Shown: positions 29,481 through 44,380, counted from the first letter of the stretch. The stretch: DNA of 64,000 bases from Octopus sinensis (GCF_006345805.1 NC_042999.1:152272001-152336000); one strand, 5' to 3'. Notes: generated by a model not told the origin, from the letters alone. Numbers and translations are program-made.

Positions 29481-30085
29481 ATATATTTATATCTATATGT
29501 ACACACTCCTCTCACACTTAAGTTTTAATCCTATTCTTCTTATGCCCTCTTCAATAAGAAAAATATACTGTACCTATCGGTAACTTACTCTTGTATGTAT
29601 CAGCACTCCTAACCATTTATACTCTCTGAAGAAGCATAGAAGCACACTCAACATCCAAACTCTATCTACCCATCCATATTGAACAATGAAGAGATGCAGG
29701 TAGCATGGAGGATATCGTGACCACTTGGCAGAAACGGCCGTAAGGAACTGATCTTTTAATCTTTTACTCTTTTATGTATCACTAGTACACATGTATGTAA
29801 TACACAGTCTTTGCATGTGCATGTATTCTTATAATACTTCTTTATATTTTAGAATAAATAGACATAATAGAATGTCTACCGGCTGATGCATGTCATTTTT
29901 GTATCCCCTTCATTTTCTTTTTTGCCGTATAAACTAAGGGTAAACCACTTTTTACCCCTGCCCGTATATGACACTCGATTGAGAAATTGCCACTCAATAA
30001 CCAACACTTGGGTATTAATAACTGGGTAAACTACCAGTAGTATGTTGGATATGTACTATCCCTTAGTTGGTTGGCTTCCCCCCCC

Positions 30086-30123
<38 letters not shown>

Positions 30124-31464
30124 GAATATATATGCATCGATGTGTGTGCACCAGTGTGTCTGTGTCTGTGTCTTTGTGTATATACACAAGTATATATATA
30201 TATTTGCGTATATATATTCGTTCAAATATATTGGTGTGCATACATAATACGTAGTCATATAGAAACGGTGTACACTCACTCACACACGCACACACACACA
30301 CACACATATATATATACATACATATATATATGAGTGTATGTGTGTGTGTTGTGTGTGTGTTCGCGTGTATGCATGTGTCTGTGTTTGGATATGAGCATGT
30401 GTGCGTGTGTGTGTGTATCATTGTATGCACATTTGCGGTATGCGTGCGCGCGCGCGTGTGTGTAGGCGAATATATATAAAATGTTAAAACGCTGTGAAAA
30501 CCATCGTTGTATACAGTAATCTCACAAAAACACACAGCCTTTGACAAAACGTTTAATGACGCCATTGTAATTCACAAGTTTATTTGGTCACGTGACGTCC
30601 CCTCTATGCCTACTGCATCGCTTCTAGTCGGTTACTTTGCAAGCTCTTCTAACACAACAGTCCTACTCATATATTTTGTATTACCACATAAAAACATAGC
30701 CATAACGACACTCGATGACAGCACAAGAACGAGACAAAGCAAACGCCATAAAATCTATTGTTCGCCTTCACCTCTATTACTGCAGCGTTGTCTAAGACCG
30801 AGAGATAATCCGGCGTTAAACAAATAAAGAATGCGATATTGTTCTGTATTCTACAGGGACGGACGTAGGTGTACAAGTAGGTAATCATTGATGGTAGAAT
30901 GGTATAAAACAACTATAGATCAACAACTATTATAAATCAGACCATTAAAAAAGAATTGCACACAACCTCTCGTTTACTCTTCCACACTCTTTTACTCTCC
31001 CAAACGCTCTTTTTCTCTCTTTCATTCTATATATCCATTTAGATCAATCTATGTCTCTTTTTCTCTATCTAGCTATCTATCTACAGTGTCATGTTTCTAC
31101 TACTAATGAAAACGATTCTATTATTATATACAATAACGTGATGAATATTTAGTGTGACAACATTATAATGCCGCTGAAATATTTAATTCTCACAGATATA
31201 TGTTCGATATGATCAAGAGATAAATAAAACCAATAATACTACCTTCGGAAAATAAATTTTTTATGTACCGTCTAAACCAGGGAACTATCTTGCCAAAACA
31301 TTGATATATAATGAAAATTTATCACTACATTAATTTTTCTTTTTTGTTAATGAATATTATCTTTCTCCTACTTGGTGGTGGACATAAGAAAACTAAACAT
31401 ATATATGTGTATGTGTGTAGATAGATAAATAGATAGATAGTCAGACAGAGAGAGAGGGAAGGGG

Positions 31465-31533
<69 letters not shown>

Positions 31534-31544
31534 TGATAGATAGA

Positions 31545-31576
<32 letters not shown>

Positions 31577-31605
31577 TACACAGACAGACAGATAGACAGA
31601 CAGAC

Positions 31606-31669
<64 letters not shown>

Positions 31670-31670
31670 T

Positions 31671-31720
<50 letters not shown>

Positions 31721-32092
31721 TAGGTAGATAGATAGACAGGCAGACAGACAGATAAATAGATAGACAGACAGACAGCTAGATAGATAGATTGATAGATAGA
31801 TGTGTGTGTGTGTACGTGTATGTAAGTATATGTATATATACACACATATACATACATAACATACATATCCATAACATACATATACATACATACATAACAT
31901 ACATACAGATATTCACACATATATGCATACACATATGTTCTATGAAATACAAAAAATAATTTACCAGCTAAAAATGATTACTTCTTTCGGCAAATTTTAA
32001 TTTAAACTTCACAATTCCGATAATTCTTCCTTCGAAGTTAGCTTAGACTTTTGTTTACTGGCTAAATGGTTACATGATGCGGTGTTACAAAA

Positions 32093-32322
32093 GGCGGCGA
32101 GCTGGCAGAAACGTTAGCACGCCGGGCGAAATGCTTAGCGGTATTTCGTCTGCGTTACGTTGTGAGTTCAAATTCCGCCGAGGTCGACTTTGCCTTTCAT
32201 CCTTTCGGGGTCGATAAATTAAGTACCAGTTACGCACTGGGGTCGATGTAATCGACTTAATACCTATGTCTGACCTTGTTTGTCCCCTCTGTGTTTAGCC
32301 CCTTGTGCGTAATAAAGAAATA
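32093..32322 (+). mobile_element. SINE family 1, full length with ~18-bp TSD
   Basis: tRNA-like head with GAGTTCAAATT. Flanked by GGTTACATGAT(G/C)CGGTGT at 32068-32085 and 32323-32340. Confidence 0.92.
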
Positions 32323-32705
32323 GGTTACATGATCCGGTGTGTAATTCAATGCCAGGTCCTGTAAGTCTTGTCAGCTACAATGTGCTATCCCTTATCTGCT
32401 TTCAGGAAAATGCTACACGAAGTAACATTTTCAGGCTGAAATTCTTACTGGTAGTTATTGTTAATCTCCAGCTTTACAAAGGCAGGACAGACCTTTTATC
32501 AAACGGACCGCAATTGTGATCGTCACATCTCACATTTGGCCAACATGTCGAAGCCTGAATTATATCTCATCAATTACGCCGCACTTATTTTAAAATGATA
32601 GGTCGGGATTCGAAAAAAGATATGGCTGCTTGTTTCCGGCATGCTAAACAACCACACGAAGGCTTCCTCATGGCTCGAGTGAAGAACAGTACATTATATG
32701 TGCTA

Positions 32706-32743
<38 letters not shown>

Positions 32744-33288
32744 TATATATATATATATATATATAATATATAATTTATGTTATTATATGATCGAACACCA
32801 GGCATCCATTTCCAAGTAAGTTTTCTCTTAATAATTCCGATGCGCATTCTACAACCTATCTCTATTCTATCTCCCTCTCTTGTTCTTCTTCCTTTCTGTT
32901 TTCTTTTCTAACCTTTCTCTAATTCTTCCTCCTCTCCCCTTCACCGTCCCCCCTCTCTCTCTCTCACTCTTCCTCCTTGACTCCTTGTATGTATGTATGT
33001 ATGTATGTATGTATATATGTATATATGTATGTATGTATATATATATATAAACAGTTTATTAAAAATGCTGCAAAGACATCACAAAAACTGTTTCACGTAC
33101 CCGTTCGACAAACAGTTTCTCAACCAAAACTGTCCGACGAACGGGAACGTGGAACTCTGAGTAATAGTTTATGGGATGTCTTTGCCGCTTTATGGATAAA
33201 ACATGTTACTCTACTTCCTGTATTCGAGTAATATTTTTCCCACTTTGTTTCACATTTATGAGCTTGTTCTGGTAAATATATATATATA

Positions 33289-33319
<31 letters not shown>

Positions 33320-33322
33320 ATA

Positions 33323-33373
<51 letters not shown>

Positions 33374-33378
33374 ATATA

Positions 33379-34355
33379 TGTTCATTGAACGCCTTCCATC
33401 CGGCCCTACTCTCCTTGAGATCTCCTTTTCGATATCTCGGCACATATTTACTTCCTGTGTCAGGTAGACATATTACCTTACCTCGTCAATTTCATCACTG
33501 CCGATCACCATTCGACCTGTTGGTACGTTGTCTGACCGCATGAACTTTGTTTTCATGCGGTTCATCTTGAGACCTACTGCAGAGCTTTTTGATGTCGAAC
33601 TCCGTCAGCATGGTCTGAAGCTGATCCGTGTTTTCAGCGATGAGTACGATGTCGTCAGCGAAACGGAGGTGGGTGAGGAGCTCGCCATTGAAGTTAATAC
33701 CACCTTGCCAGTCGATGCCTCTGATGATCTGTTCGAGACATGCAGTGAAAAGTTTTGGGGAGATTGTATCTCCTTGCTTCACTCCCTTCTCGACCGGCAC
33801 TCGTATGGGTGATGACTAGAGCTATGTCAGTGGTGCATCCGGAATTTGGCATATAAGGATGTGCTCAGGGAAGGTTGGACACAGGACCACCACCCGCGCC
33901 AACCTCTTAACAGTGCAGTTCTGCCTGTAAATGTTATATGGTAGTGAAAGATGGGCTACCACGAAGAGAGAAGAGCAAAGACTGGTAACGGCTCAAAGAG
34001 CCATGGAAAAGTCAATGCTTGGTATCTCGCTGAGAGAGCACATAAGTAGCGAGATCATCAGAAAGAAGTCCGGCGTGAGAGATGTCATCGCAGAGTATAC
34101 ACGCAGCAAGTATAGATGGGCTAGACACGTCGCCCGGCTCACCGATAATCGGTGGACGCACGCAGTTGTCGAGTGGTACCCGCGTGAGCGGAAAAGACCA
34201 CCCGGAAGACCTCCACGACGGTGGAATTACGATTTCAGGAGGACGATTGGGATCACGTGGATGAGAAAGGCGCGATCCAGAGTGGAGTGGACAGCGTGCT
34301 GTGAACAGCGGTGTCAAATGGACGCCTGACGGACTGGTCGGTCAAGGTGATCAAG

Positions 34356-34360
<5 letters not shown>
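33379..34360. mobile_element. RTE-clade LINE with inverted 5' segment
   Basis: 33379-33852 on the minus strand encodes KGVKQGDTISPKLF...LRFADDIVL...GWKAFNE. 33850-34360 on the plus strand continues KDVL...MLYGSERW...RWARHVAR...GRPPRRW and ends in (CAAGGTGAT)x2. Confidence 0.92.
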
Positions 34361-34432
<72 letters not shown>

Positions 34433-34474
34433 ATATATATATATATGTATATTATGGATATATATATATGTATT

Positions 34475-34506
<32 letters not shown>

Positions 34507-35394
34507 GCACATACATACATACATAAAATAATGTATGTGTGTTGTTGTAAAGCCAGAAGATGTAGCTTTTCTATTAGACAAAGTATATTTATAGACGTAT
34601 TGTCTTAATGAACACAATATATTTCAGAACTAAGTGGAACGAAATTACCTCAGATGTGTCCACGAGAGTGCAACATACGCATTTCGCTATCCTTGCGGCT
34701 TTTCAGTGTCACGCACTCTTTTCATTTTCGAAACGTTGTTGAATCGGTCAGTCTCAAGTACGTAAAACAACGTATAAACGCTGATTTGTAATGATGCAAA
34801 TTAAGCGAAATAAGACTGAAATTACGCACTAAAAGCAGCTTTACCTCCGGTGCGATTTCGTTTCGGAAATGACTCGAGCACGTTATACTGACAAACCACA
34901 AAAACGGTAAAGTGTGAATCTATCACTCTTGCAATCAGATCCGGAGCGATTTCCTTTCGCCGTGGTTTAAGGTATATTCTGTTTGTCTTAACAAAATATG
35001 TCTCTAAAGGATTGTTTTTTAACTTTGATGAAAATTATAGCTTCAGGCTGTTCCACATTACACATAACGTTAATTATGGTATAGGGGTAAAGATTTTACA
35101 TTAGGCTACTTCTTTTACAGAATTCGAATATATATACATGGTGAGTCGAAAGTTACGCACAAAAAGTGTAATATGCTCCGGAATTGTCAAAAGACATGCT
35201 TGAGTTTTACTAAAATTGAAAATAAGAATAAAATAATGATGAATATATACGTTGTTGTTCATAAATAACTTTGGATACACACACACACACAAACATACAC
35301 ACATATATATGTATGTATATATATATATATATATTATAATATACATGTACAAATACATACTTACACACACACATGTATATGTATATGTATATAT

Positions 35395-35426
<32 letters not shown>

Positions 35427-35457
35427 ATATATATATATATATATACATATATATATA

Positions 35458-35850
35458 AGCGCAGGAGTGGCTGTGTAGTAAGGAGCTTGCTTCCCAACCA
35501 CATGGTTCCGGGTTTCTGTCCCAATGTGTGGCACTTTGTGCAAGTGTCTCCTAATATATCCCCGGGTGAACCAAAGCCTTGTGAGTGGATTTGGTAGACG
35601 GAAACTGAAAGAAGCCTGTCGCATCTATGTGTGTGTGTGTGCGCGCGCGCGTGTGTGTCTGTGTTTGAACCACTACCATCGTTTGACAACCGATGTCGCT
35701 GTGTTTGCGTCCCCGTGACTTGGCGGTTCGGTCAGAATAGGTATTAAGCTTACAAATATAAGTCCTGGGGTCGATTTCTTCGAATAAAATCCCATAAGGC
35801 AGTGCTCCAGTATGACCGCAGTGAAATGACTGAAACAAGTAGAAAAATGA
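35458..35850 (+). mobile_element. SINE family 2, full length
   Basis: Head GCGCAGGAGTGGCTGTGTAGTAAG, conserved body and tail. Confidence 0.88.
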
Positions 35851-37155
35851 AACAATAAAATATATATGTTATACATACATACATACATACATACATACAT
35901 ACATACATACATACATACATGCATACATACATACGTACATAGATACATACATACATACATACATACATACATACGTACGTACATACATACATACATACAT
36001 ACATACATACAACATACATACATACATACATATATATGTATGCATGCATGTATAAATGTATGGATGTAAATATGTATGTATGCATGTTTAAAAAATTTTT
36101 CAAGCAGGGTATATATAAAATATATATACATATATAATATATATATATTATACACACACACATATATGTCTGTGTGTGTGTGTATGTATGAATGAATGTA
36201 TGTATGTATGTATGTATGTATGTATGTATGCATGTTTAAAGATTTTTCAAACAGGGTATATATAAAATGCAGATTCCTAAAGAAAGAGTGGGGAATAAGA
36301 TGGATATCTCCAGTGGTATGTTTTAACAAGGATTTTAGAAAAAAAAATGCAAAACACCATGACAATTCCTTTGAGAATTATGTAAACACTTAATCAAAGA
36401 ATCTATATAATTTACTTCGAAGAATATTCTAGATTTTTGTTTTAAACGATGTAATGTGTTTATTCTGGTTAATATCAAAAGGAAGATAAACTCCATGAAA
36501 GAGGAACTAACTTGATTCTAATTATTAAAAAAAAAATATTGTAAACGTTGCTAAATCTGGTTTTTTTTTATAATTCACATTAAATCATAATTTTAATAAT
36601 ATCTGCTAAATAATACCAAGAACAAAAGTAATAACAATAATATACCTGTAATAATATTTCCCTGAATAAGGGTTTTCTATATATAATGGGATATTTTGTG
36701 GCAAACTAATTTAATTATTGTAAACTATTTTAATTATTCGATGTATTCAGAAAAATACAATTTCCGATTTCTATGCATTTATGATATTTTTATAGTTTCC
36801 ATCGAATGTAGTTTAAATAGAGATAGGATAGTATGTACACTCTAGTCATAGCGCAGACTAATTCCTCTTTCAACATATTTAGGTGTTACGAGCCTGTGTC
36901 TATATAAGCTAAGATCGTTTAATAACTAAACACGCCAAGTGAGAATCATTACCACACAAAAAGCAATAAATATTTTAAGAGATAATATAATTCTGAGGCA
37001 CATTTTAGAAATTACCTTAAAATGGATTGTGTCACTTTAACCTACCCTGGTGAAACCACCGATTCAAACAGAAGCCGTTATTACTTAATAATTATACTGG
37101 TTGGTCTTTTAGGCTGTTTTTCAAGGCTCCATAATATATCTCTAGATCTCTTCCT

Positions 37156-37202
<47 letters not shown>

Positions 37203-37777
37203 TTCCTCTGTCCATCTTTCTCTCTCTTTCTCCTTCCATCTCTTTCTCAACCCGGTGAAACCACCCAAGTCAGACTTAAGCTTATAATTGTTTAATAACC
37301 ATGGCGGCTGATTTTCTTGGTTGTTTTCCTAAAACTGCAGAATATATCGCAACATTTCACCCCCATCTCCACCTCTCCTGCTTCTCTCCCTCTCCTAACC
37401 CCTCTCTCTCTCTCTCTCCCGCCACCTCTCTTTCTAGTGTGTGAGATAATCTTTCACACATCTACCATCACCTGAACCCCGTATTTCGAACCAGGCTCAA
37501 AGGTTAATGTCAAGTGTGAGCGAACTTGGCCTTAACCTGGAGTGCTTTTCAGATGTTTTCTTTACAACCAAACAGTAAACAAACAAAGGGCTAATGATAT
37601 GCTGTACCCTTCCATTGTATCGAGGTTAACTGAACTATTTAAGACTTAGAAGTATCTGCCATGGGCACTGAAAACGGCCCCAACCATTAAGGAAACATGA
37701 AGTTTTGTCAATTTAGTTTACAGTCAGTGTATTCTAGCGAATTCTTCACCTCCAGTTCCTGTGCTGCTTATTACATC

Positions 37778-37995
37778 TTTTATTTGTTAATTTTAACTTG
37801 TTTTAGTCATCGGACTGCAGACATGATGGAGTACCACATTCAAGGGTTTAGTCGAACAAATCAAAGTTGTACTTATTTTTTATCTATTTCTTTTGCTGAA
37901 TCGCTAAGTTACGGAGACAATCCAATACCGGTTGTCAAGCGATGGTGGGGGACAAACACACATACACACACACATACGCACGTATATATATATAT

Positions 37996-38034
<39 letters not shown>

Positions 38035-38665
38035 TGGCTGTGTGGTAAGAAGCTTGCTTCCTAACTACAAGATTCCAGGTTCACTCCCACTGCGTGGCAC
38101 ATGGGGTAAGTGCCTTCTACTGTAGCTTCGGACCGACCAAAGCCTTGTGAGTAGATTTGGTAGACGGAGACTGAAAGAAGGCCGTCGTGTATACACACAC
38201 ACACACACACACACACATATTATATATATATATATATATATATATGCATGTATGTATTTGTGCGTCTGTGTTTGTACCTACCCACACCATCGTTTGACAA
38301 TCGTTGTTGGTGTGTTTACATCTCTGTAACTTAGCAGTTCAGTAAAAAGAGACCGATAGAATAAATACTAAACTTACAAAGAATAAGTCCTGGGGTCGAT
38401 TTGTTCGAGTAAAGCCGGTACTCCAGCATGGCCGCAGTCAAATGACTGAAACAAATAAAAGACTAAAAGAATATATTTACATACACACACGTACACACAC
38501 GAGGGGCCTCCACATAGTTTCCATCTGCCAAATCCACTCACAAGGCATTGGTCAACCGGGAGAATACAATAGAAGACATTTGCCCGAGATGCTGCGGAGT
38601 GGGGTTGAACCTGAAACCACGTGATTATAAAGCGAGCTTCTTAGACATACAGCCATGCTGGTGCC
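37778..38665. mobile_element. Nested family-2 SINEs: a plus copy (38031-38470) inside the microsatellite of a minus copy
   Basis: The minus-strand 3' half (37778-37980) and 5' half (38500-38665) are separated by a complete plus-strand copy. Confidence 0.8.
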
Positions 38666-39429
38666 TATGCACTATGAACAGAGACGTGTAAATATATATG
38701 AATTCTAACACAGCCACGAGCCTACACATTTTGGGGAAAAACTCTAATCGATTAAACAAACGCCATTAATTTACTGATACTTATTTTATCGACTCTGGAA
38801 AGATAAACGGCGAAATCGAATCTCAATCAGTCGATTTAAACATAGAACATAAAGGGACGTATTTAAATATGGTAAGGCATTTGATCTGATTCACTATTGA
38901 TTTTACCATTCCACCGACCTTGTGGATTGGCAGAAGATAATATCTTGTAGTATACAATTTTCGTTCTGAGTTTTCGTATTGTTGATTTAAAACCGAACGT
39001 GGCCACTGTTTGCTATTCATCATTTCAGGATCGACAAAATAACTCACAAACATGTAATGACCTCTTCTTATACTGCATTTTCAAAATTATCAGAATTAAT
39101 ATTTAATATTCTCGCCGGATATATATTGGATATATATGGGATATATATATATAGAGAGAGAGAGAGAAAGAGAGAATGGACATAGCATGCCCTGGTGACA
39201 ACAGGATCAATGTGGAAGAAAAAGAAAAAATAAACAACTATGACGATTTAAAGTGGGAAATACGAAGGTTGTGGTCAATGAAGAAAGTAGACATGATGTT
39301 AATAGTAAATGGTACACTTGGAAGTATCAGCACTCAACTATCAACATGACTGAAAAAGATCGGTGCAAGTGTGAAGGTAGAACCCCTACGAAAATGAACA
39401 TTGCTTGGAACTGCAAGAATTCTTCGCAG

Positions 39430-39854
39430 GGTTCTTGAAGCATGACCAGTAAACAAGTGTCACTTTAGTCTGCTGGCTGTGGACAGCTGACACTTTCAGT
39501 GGGGGAGCATCATAGCCATGTGTTGAGAAGGATTCTTTGGGGTTTGAATAATTCACTACTGGAAACATGGTTGTTTCGTTCAACATCCTTAAACAACCCT
39601 TATTCAGGGCTGAGCGGGATGGGTTACTCGAAATGAAGAAAATTCTATCTGGGCCCCACCTGCAAGGCCATGTGCTGTTTATCTTGATATGAGATCACAA
39701 TGTCACGCACATATGGTTGTGATGCATGTGCCTAGTGTACCCTTATCAGACGGGTAGTCATGGTGGGTATACTGGGTTTCGTATATTTTACCCCAGTGTT
39801 ACTTTGATGGCATGCACTGCTCTCTCACTCAATAATAATAATATAATAATAATA

Positions 39855-39893
<39 letters not shown>
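39430..39893 (+). mobile_element. Probable retroposon 3' end with (AAT)n tail
   Basis: A higher-GC segment ending CTCTCTCACTC followed directly by (AAT)n. The 5' boundary is uncertain and no partner copy was seen. Confidence 0.4.
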
Positions 39894-39894
<1 letters not shown>

Positions 39895-41065
39895 CTTAAT
39901 ATATATATAAAACTGAGAATGTGTGTCTGTCTGTCTGTCTGTTTCCCTAAAACTTGAGAACTACCCAACCAATTTCATTCAAATTTTACACATGCCTTAC
40001 TGTGAGTGTCATCGGCAAAAAAAATTTTTACTTTTTGCCTAGGGCGAGCCCACAGCAATATCATATCTTCTCCACAACGATCCCCTAAAACTCGAGAACT
40101 ACACAACCGATTCCATTCACATTTTACACATGCCTTACTTAGGGTCCATGTAGTTTCATGGGGAAAAAAATGTTCAACTTCTTGCCTAGAGCGAGCCCAT
40201 AGCAATATCATATCTTCTCCACTATTTCAGTATTACGTGTTAAAAGTGAAACATAAACGTTTCTCTATTTTATGTCAGATACTTCCACTTTAACAATAAA
40301 AATGATAATAACAATTGAATTATATGTAGTAAGTAATAATTAAAATCAAACTAAAGTATAATATAATCGTAACATAACAAAAGTAAAAATAGCAATTGGT
40401 ATAAAACTGCAACATTGACTTGAACTTGAATCAGTGGTTTCACATGAATGGGAATAAATTAAAAATAAAATTAGCATGCAGAAATGGAATAGTCCAGATG
40501 GATAATAAAAAATTAAATTAAAGGAAAGACTATTGTCTATAAAGTATACAATGTAGAGAAAAAAGAAGATTTGAACACATGGAGGAACGCACGTTCGAAA
40601 AGTGTCTTGATGCGACTATGAAAGGTATCTAATCAGAGGCGGTAAATTCGACAAAATAGAAGCAAGGTTTGAGTCAACGGAGCGTGCAAGGGAGTACTCG
40701 ACTCGAACTTGCAAAGTGGAAATATTTTATTTTTACCTTTATATCTGCGACGTAGGACGTCCCGGAAAAAAAATTTTAAATGCCCCCACCCCCGAAGTAG
40801 AGGTAGGCTGGATTGTAGCCACACTTCTATACAAGAGGGAGGACAAGATACAATTGATCGAAATTACAAGAGACGGGCTAACAATTCCAGTCTGTTATAT
40901 ATTTTGAGTATTGTTATCACTAGCGATATCAAGATATAACTTTGTATTTTGTATTTTATGTGTAGATGCATATATATAGATGTACATGTAATATGTACAC
41001 ATATATATACACATATATACATGCACTAGCACTATGACCCGGCAACGACGGGTCTTTAATGCTAG
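39894..41065 (+). mobile_element. Non-autonomous Helitron (~1.17 kb)
   Basis: 5' A|TC...TATATATAAAA. 3' hairpin GACCCG-GCAACGA-CGGGTC then CTAG|T. Inserted between A and T of an (AAT)n tract without a TSD. Contains an internal ~140-bp duplication. Confidence 0.85.
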
Positions 41066-41076
41066 TAGTAGTAGTA

Positions 41077-41146
<70 letters not shown>

Positions 41147-41922
41147 GGAAAAGGAAAATCTTGTTGGTTCTCAATTATACTTTACTATTAAATGGTAGAC
41201 TAAGTATTCGAGGAATATGTATCTTAAGAAATCTTTTTTTACGGTCTTCTAACAGCTTTGCGATAAATTTACCATGCTTGTTCATACTTGTATGTTTGTT
41301 TGTGTGACCGTGTGTACGTATGTGTATTTGTGCGTGTGTGTGTGTATGTTGTTATATACCGTTTTTTTTTTGTTGTTATTTCATTTTATTTCTTCATTTC
41401 ATTTACTTTTATGTTTAATTTATTTTCTTTGTTTCTTCAATTATTTTCGTGTTTTAGAAAAAAAGATCTGATACAACGTTCTGTTGTATTTCTTGGTTCA
41501 TCTTCTTTGGTGATTTGCACTCACATTTATGTAGTTATGTGTGTGTGTGTGTGTGTAAAAATGTGTGTAAATATATATACACATGCATATATATATACAT
41601 ATACTTACACACTGACATATGTATATACATATACGCTTTTGTGCCTGTGTATTTTTGTGTATGCACGTGTTTGTGTGTTTATGTTTTTGTGTGTGTTGTC
41701 TGTGCATAGATAAAAATACATATGTGCATGCATATAATATATATATATATATTTATATATATATATATATATCATGTAATACAAACATAGATATATATGA
41801 GTGTGTGTATGCACGCACACGCATATAAATACATTTACGGATAAATATCACGCAGACACACACACAAACATATATATATATATATATATGTATATATTAT
41901 ATATATATATGTATGTGTGTGT

Positions 41923-41974
<52 letters not shown>

Positions 41975-42702
41975 AAGGTTGTTATTTTCGATGGTAGAAA
42001 GTCTAAAATCATAAGAATGTAAAATAGTCTAGCGAAAGCAAGAATATATTACAATATGACGGCGGAGTAAAATAATGCCCGGAGATGATACAAATATGAC
42101 TATGAGTGAAAGAAGCCCTATTTATATAACAATCCATTACTTATCAATGAAGGAAGTACAATACTCTAATACATGAAACAATCAACTCATCAAACACATG
42201 AAAACAGAATTTCTCTGGGTCTTTTTGGGGGGTTTTTTTTGTTTTTTTAAGGTTCTTCAGACTCCTGAAAATATTGTTGCAGCTATTGTTGCTGCTGCTG
42301 TTGTTGCTGCTGCTGGTTTTCTCTTTTCTTCGTTGCTGTTATCGTTATTGTATGTACAGAGCTAAGATCAAGTGTATTCTAATCTCTTCTATTCCGTTTT
42401 TCATTTAGATATGTTGCGTATATAATCACAATCTTTAATTTCTACTAGTTTTTTTTTCTTTTGTTTGTATTTTTAGACACTTTGATATAACTCGAGGGTT
42501 ATTTGGCTACAATTCTTAGCATGTTTATTGGCTGAATATATGAAAACACTGCTGAGATGCGCCATTGCAAGTAACTATATATATATATATCTAATATAGG
42601 ATAAAATGGCCAGCATATTAAAAAATACCTTTCAAGGTTAAATTTATAAACAACTTATAACAAGGGCATTAGAATTTTTTTTCTTTTGCCCTTGTTTATA
42701 AG

Positions 42703-42765
<63 letters not shown>

Positions 42766-42773
42766 ATCTATAT

Positions 42774-42810
<37 letters not shown>

Positions 42811-43651
42811 CCTATATAACAAATATGTACAGGTGTCAATTCATACGGCTGTTTCAAGCGGCTCCATTTAATTGATTAATGAAAACATTACATCAATTTG
42901 GATAAAACTGTTCTCGTCAGATGAACGCATAGACTTCAAACATAAAGGATAAATCTTCTTTTTTTTAAACAAATTTATATCAATAATGGAAACCAAAATA
43001 TTTACATTGTTACCTTTTGCTATAAATGTGGCAGAATAACTTTAGAAAATAATGCATACTTTGTTGAGAGTACTATAATTTAGAGAGTAGCAGAGGGGAC
43101 AGTGGGGGTCAAGATGACACCATTGGGAGTTGTCATCTATATTCTAGTTAATAGTAATAAATCAATTATTGTCAGACAATCTGCAAGACTCCCAATGTAC
43201 TGGAACCATATATCAAGCTTTATCTACATAAAATGGTGGGTTGCAAGATCCGTAGTAAGAAAACGTCTGATGAGTAAGGGGTGGTAACTCGAAAAAAAAA
43301 AGGACAGGGGTGACCAATACTTATTTAGATTATCAAATAATGAGGAATATAATAAAAAATCAAAAGAGATAAGTAATATAAACTTTAGGGGTGGAAATTA
43401 GAATTAAAAGATACGAGTGTTAGTAATTTATAACTTAGCAAATTTATAACATGAAATTGAGAAAATTTACATTAATATTTAGAATAAGGGTAAAAATTAA
43501 ACTTAAAACCTAATAATGGGATACCTTAGTATATAAGAAAAATTATTAATTACATCATGTGCTTATTGTTTAGAAGGTTATGATAAAGACATTTTACAAT
43601 GAATGCATATCGGAATTAGATTATCACATTGGTAAAAGTACATAGTATATT

Positions 43652-43943
43652 CTGTGGTCTAGTGGTTAGAGCAGCGGACTCGCGTCGAGGGATCGTGGGT
43701 TCGAATCTCAGACTGGGCGATGAGTGTGTTTAAGAGCGAAACATCTAAGCTCCACGCGGCTCCGGCATAAGGTAATCGCGAACTTCTGCTGACTCTTTCG
43801 CCACAGCTTTCTCTCACTCTTTCCTCCTGCATCTTGCAGCTCACCCGCGACAGACCGGCGTCCCGTCAAATGGGGAACCTATATGCCAAGGACACCGGGA
43901 AACCTGCCCTTATGAGCCAGGCATGGCTCGAGAAGAAACAAAC
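43652..43943 (+). mobile_element. tRNA-derived SINE family 4
   Basis: A box TGGTCTAGTGG and B box GGTTCGAATCT, followed by a ~220-bp non-tRNA body with no Pol III T-run terminator. Ends GAGAAGAAACAAAC. Confidence 0.8.
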
Positions 43944-44283
43944 AGTATATTTTAAGGCAATAAAAAGAACTATTCTTTTCATTACAGGTGGATAAGTATA
44001 AGAAATCGTAAAATAAGGTATCGAATATAAGGGGTAATTGAATTAGAGGTATACTAAATGTATAACAGAGTACATTCGGAAATTATCTCACCAATGAGCT
44101 ACGAGTGTAAAATGTGTCGAAACAACTGTAGTGATTGTGGATAATGCCATTCAGTCACTTTTCTATTATCGCTCTCTCTCCCTCGCTATGTGTGTTTGCG
44201 TGCGCGAATGTGTCTGTGGGCGTGCGTCTATGTGTGTGTGTACGTGCGTGTGCATGCATGTGTGTGGCGTGTATGTGTGTATG

Positions 44284-44319
<36 letters not shown>

Positions 44320-44380
44320 ATACAATATATAAATACATATATATATGTATATTTATATATGTGTATATATATAAGTATAT

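Noticed and set aside
43652-43725. Possible tRNA gene
   Set aside because: A and B boxes are present, but the acceptor and anticodon stems do not close and a long SINE body follows.
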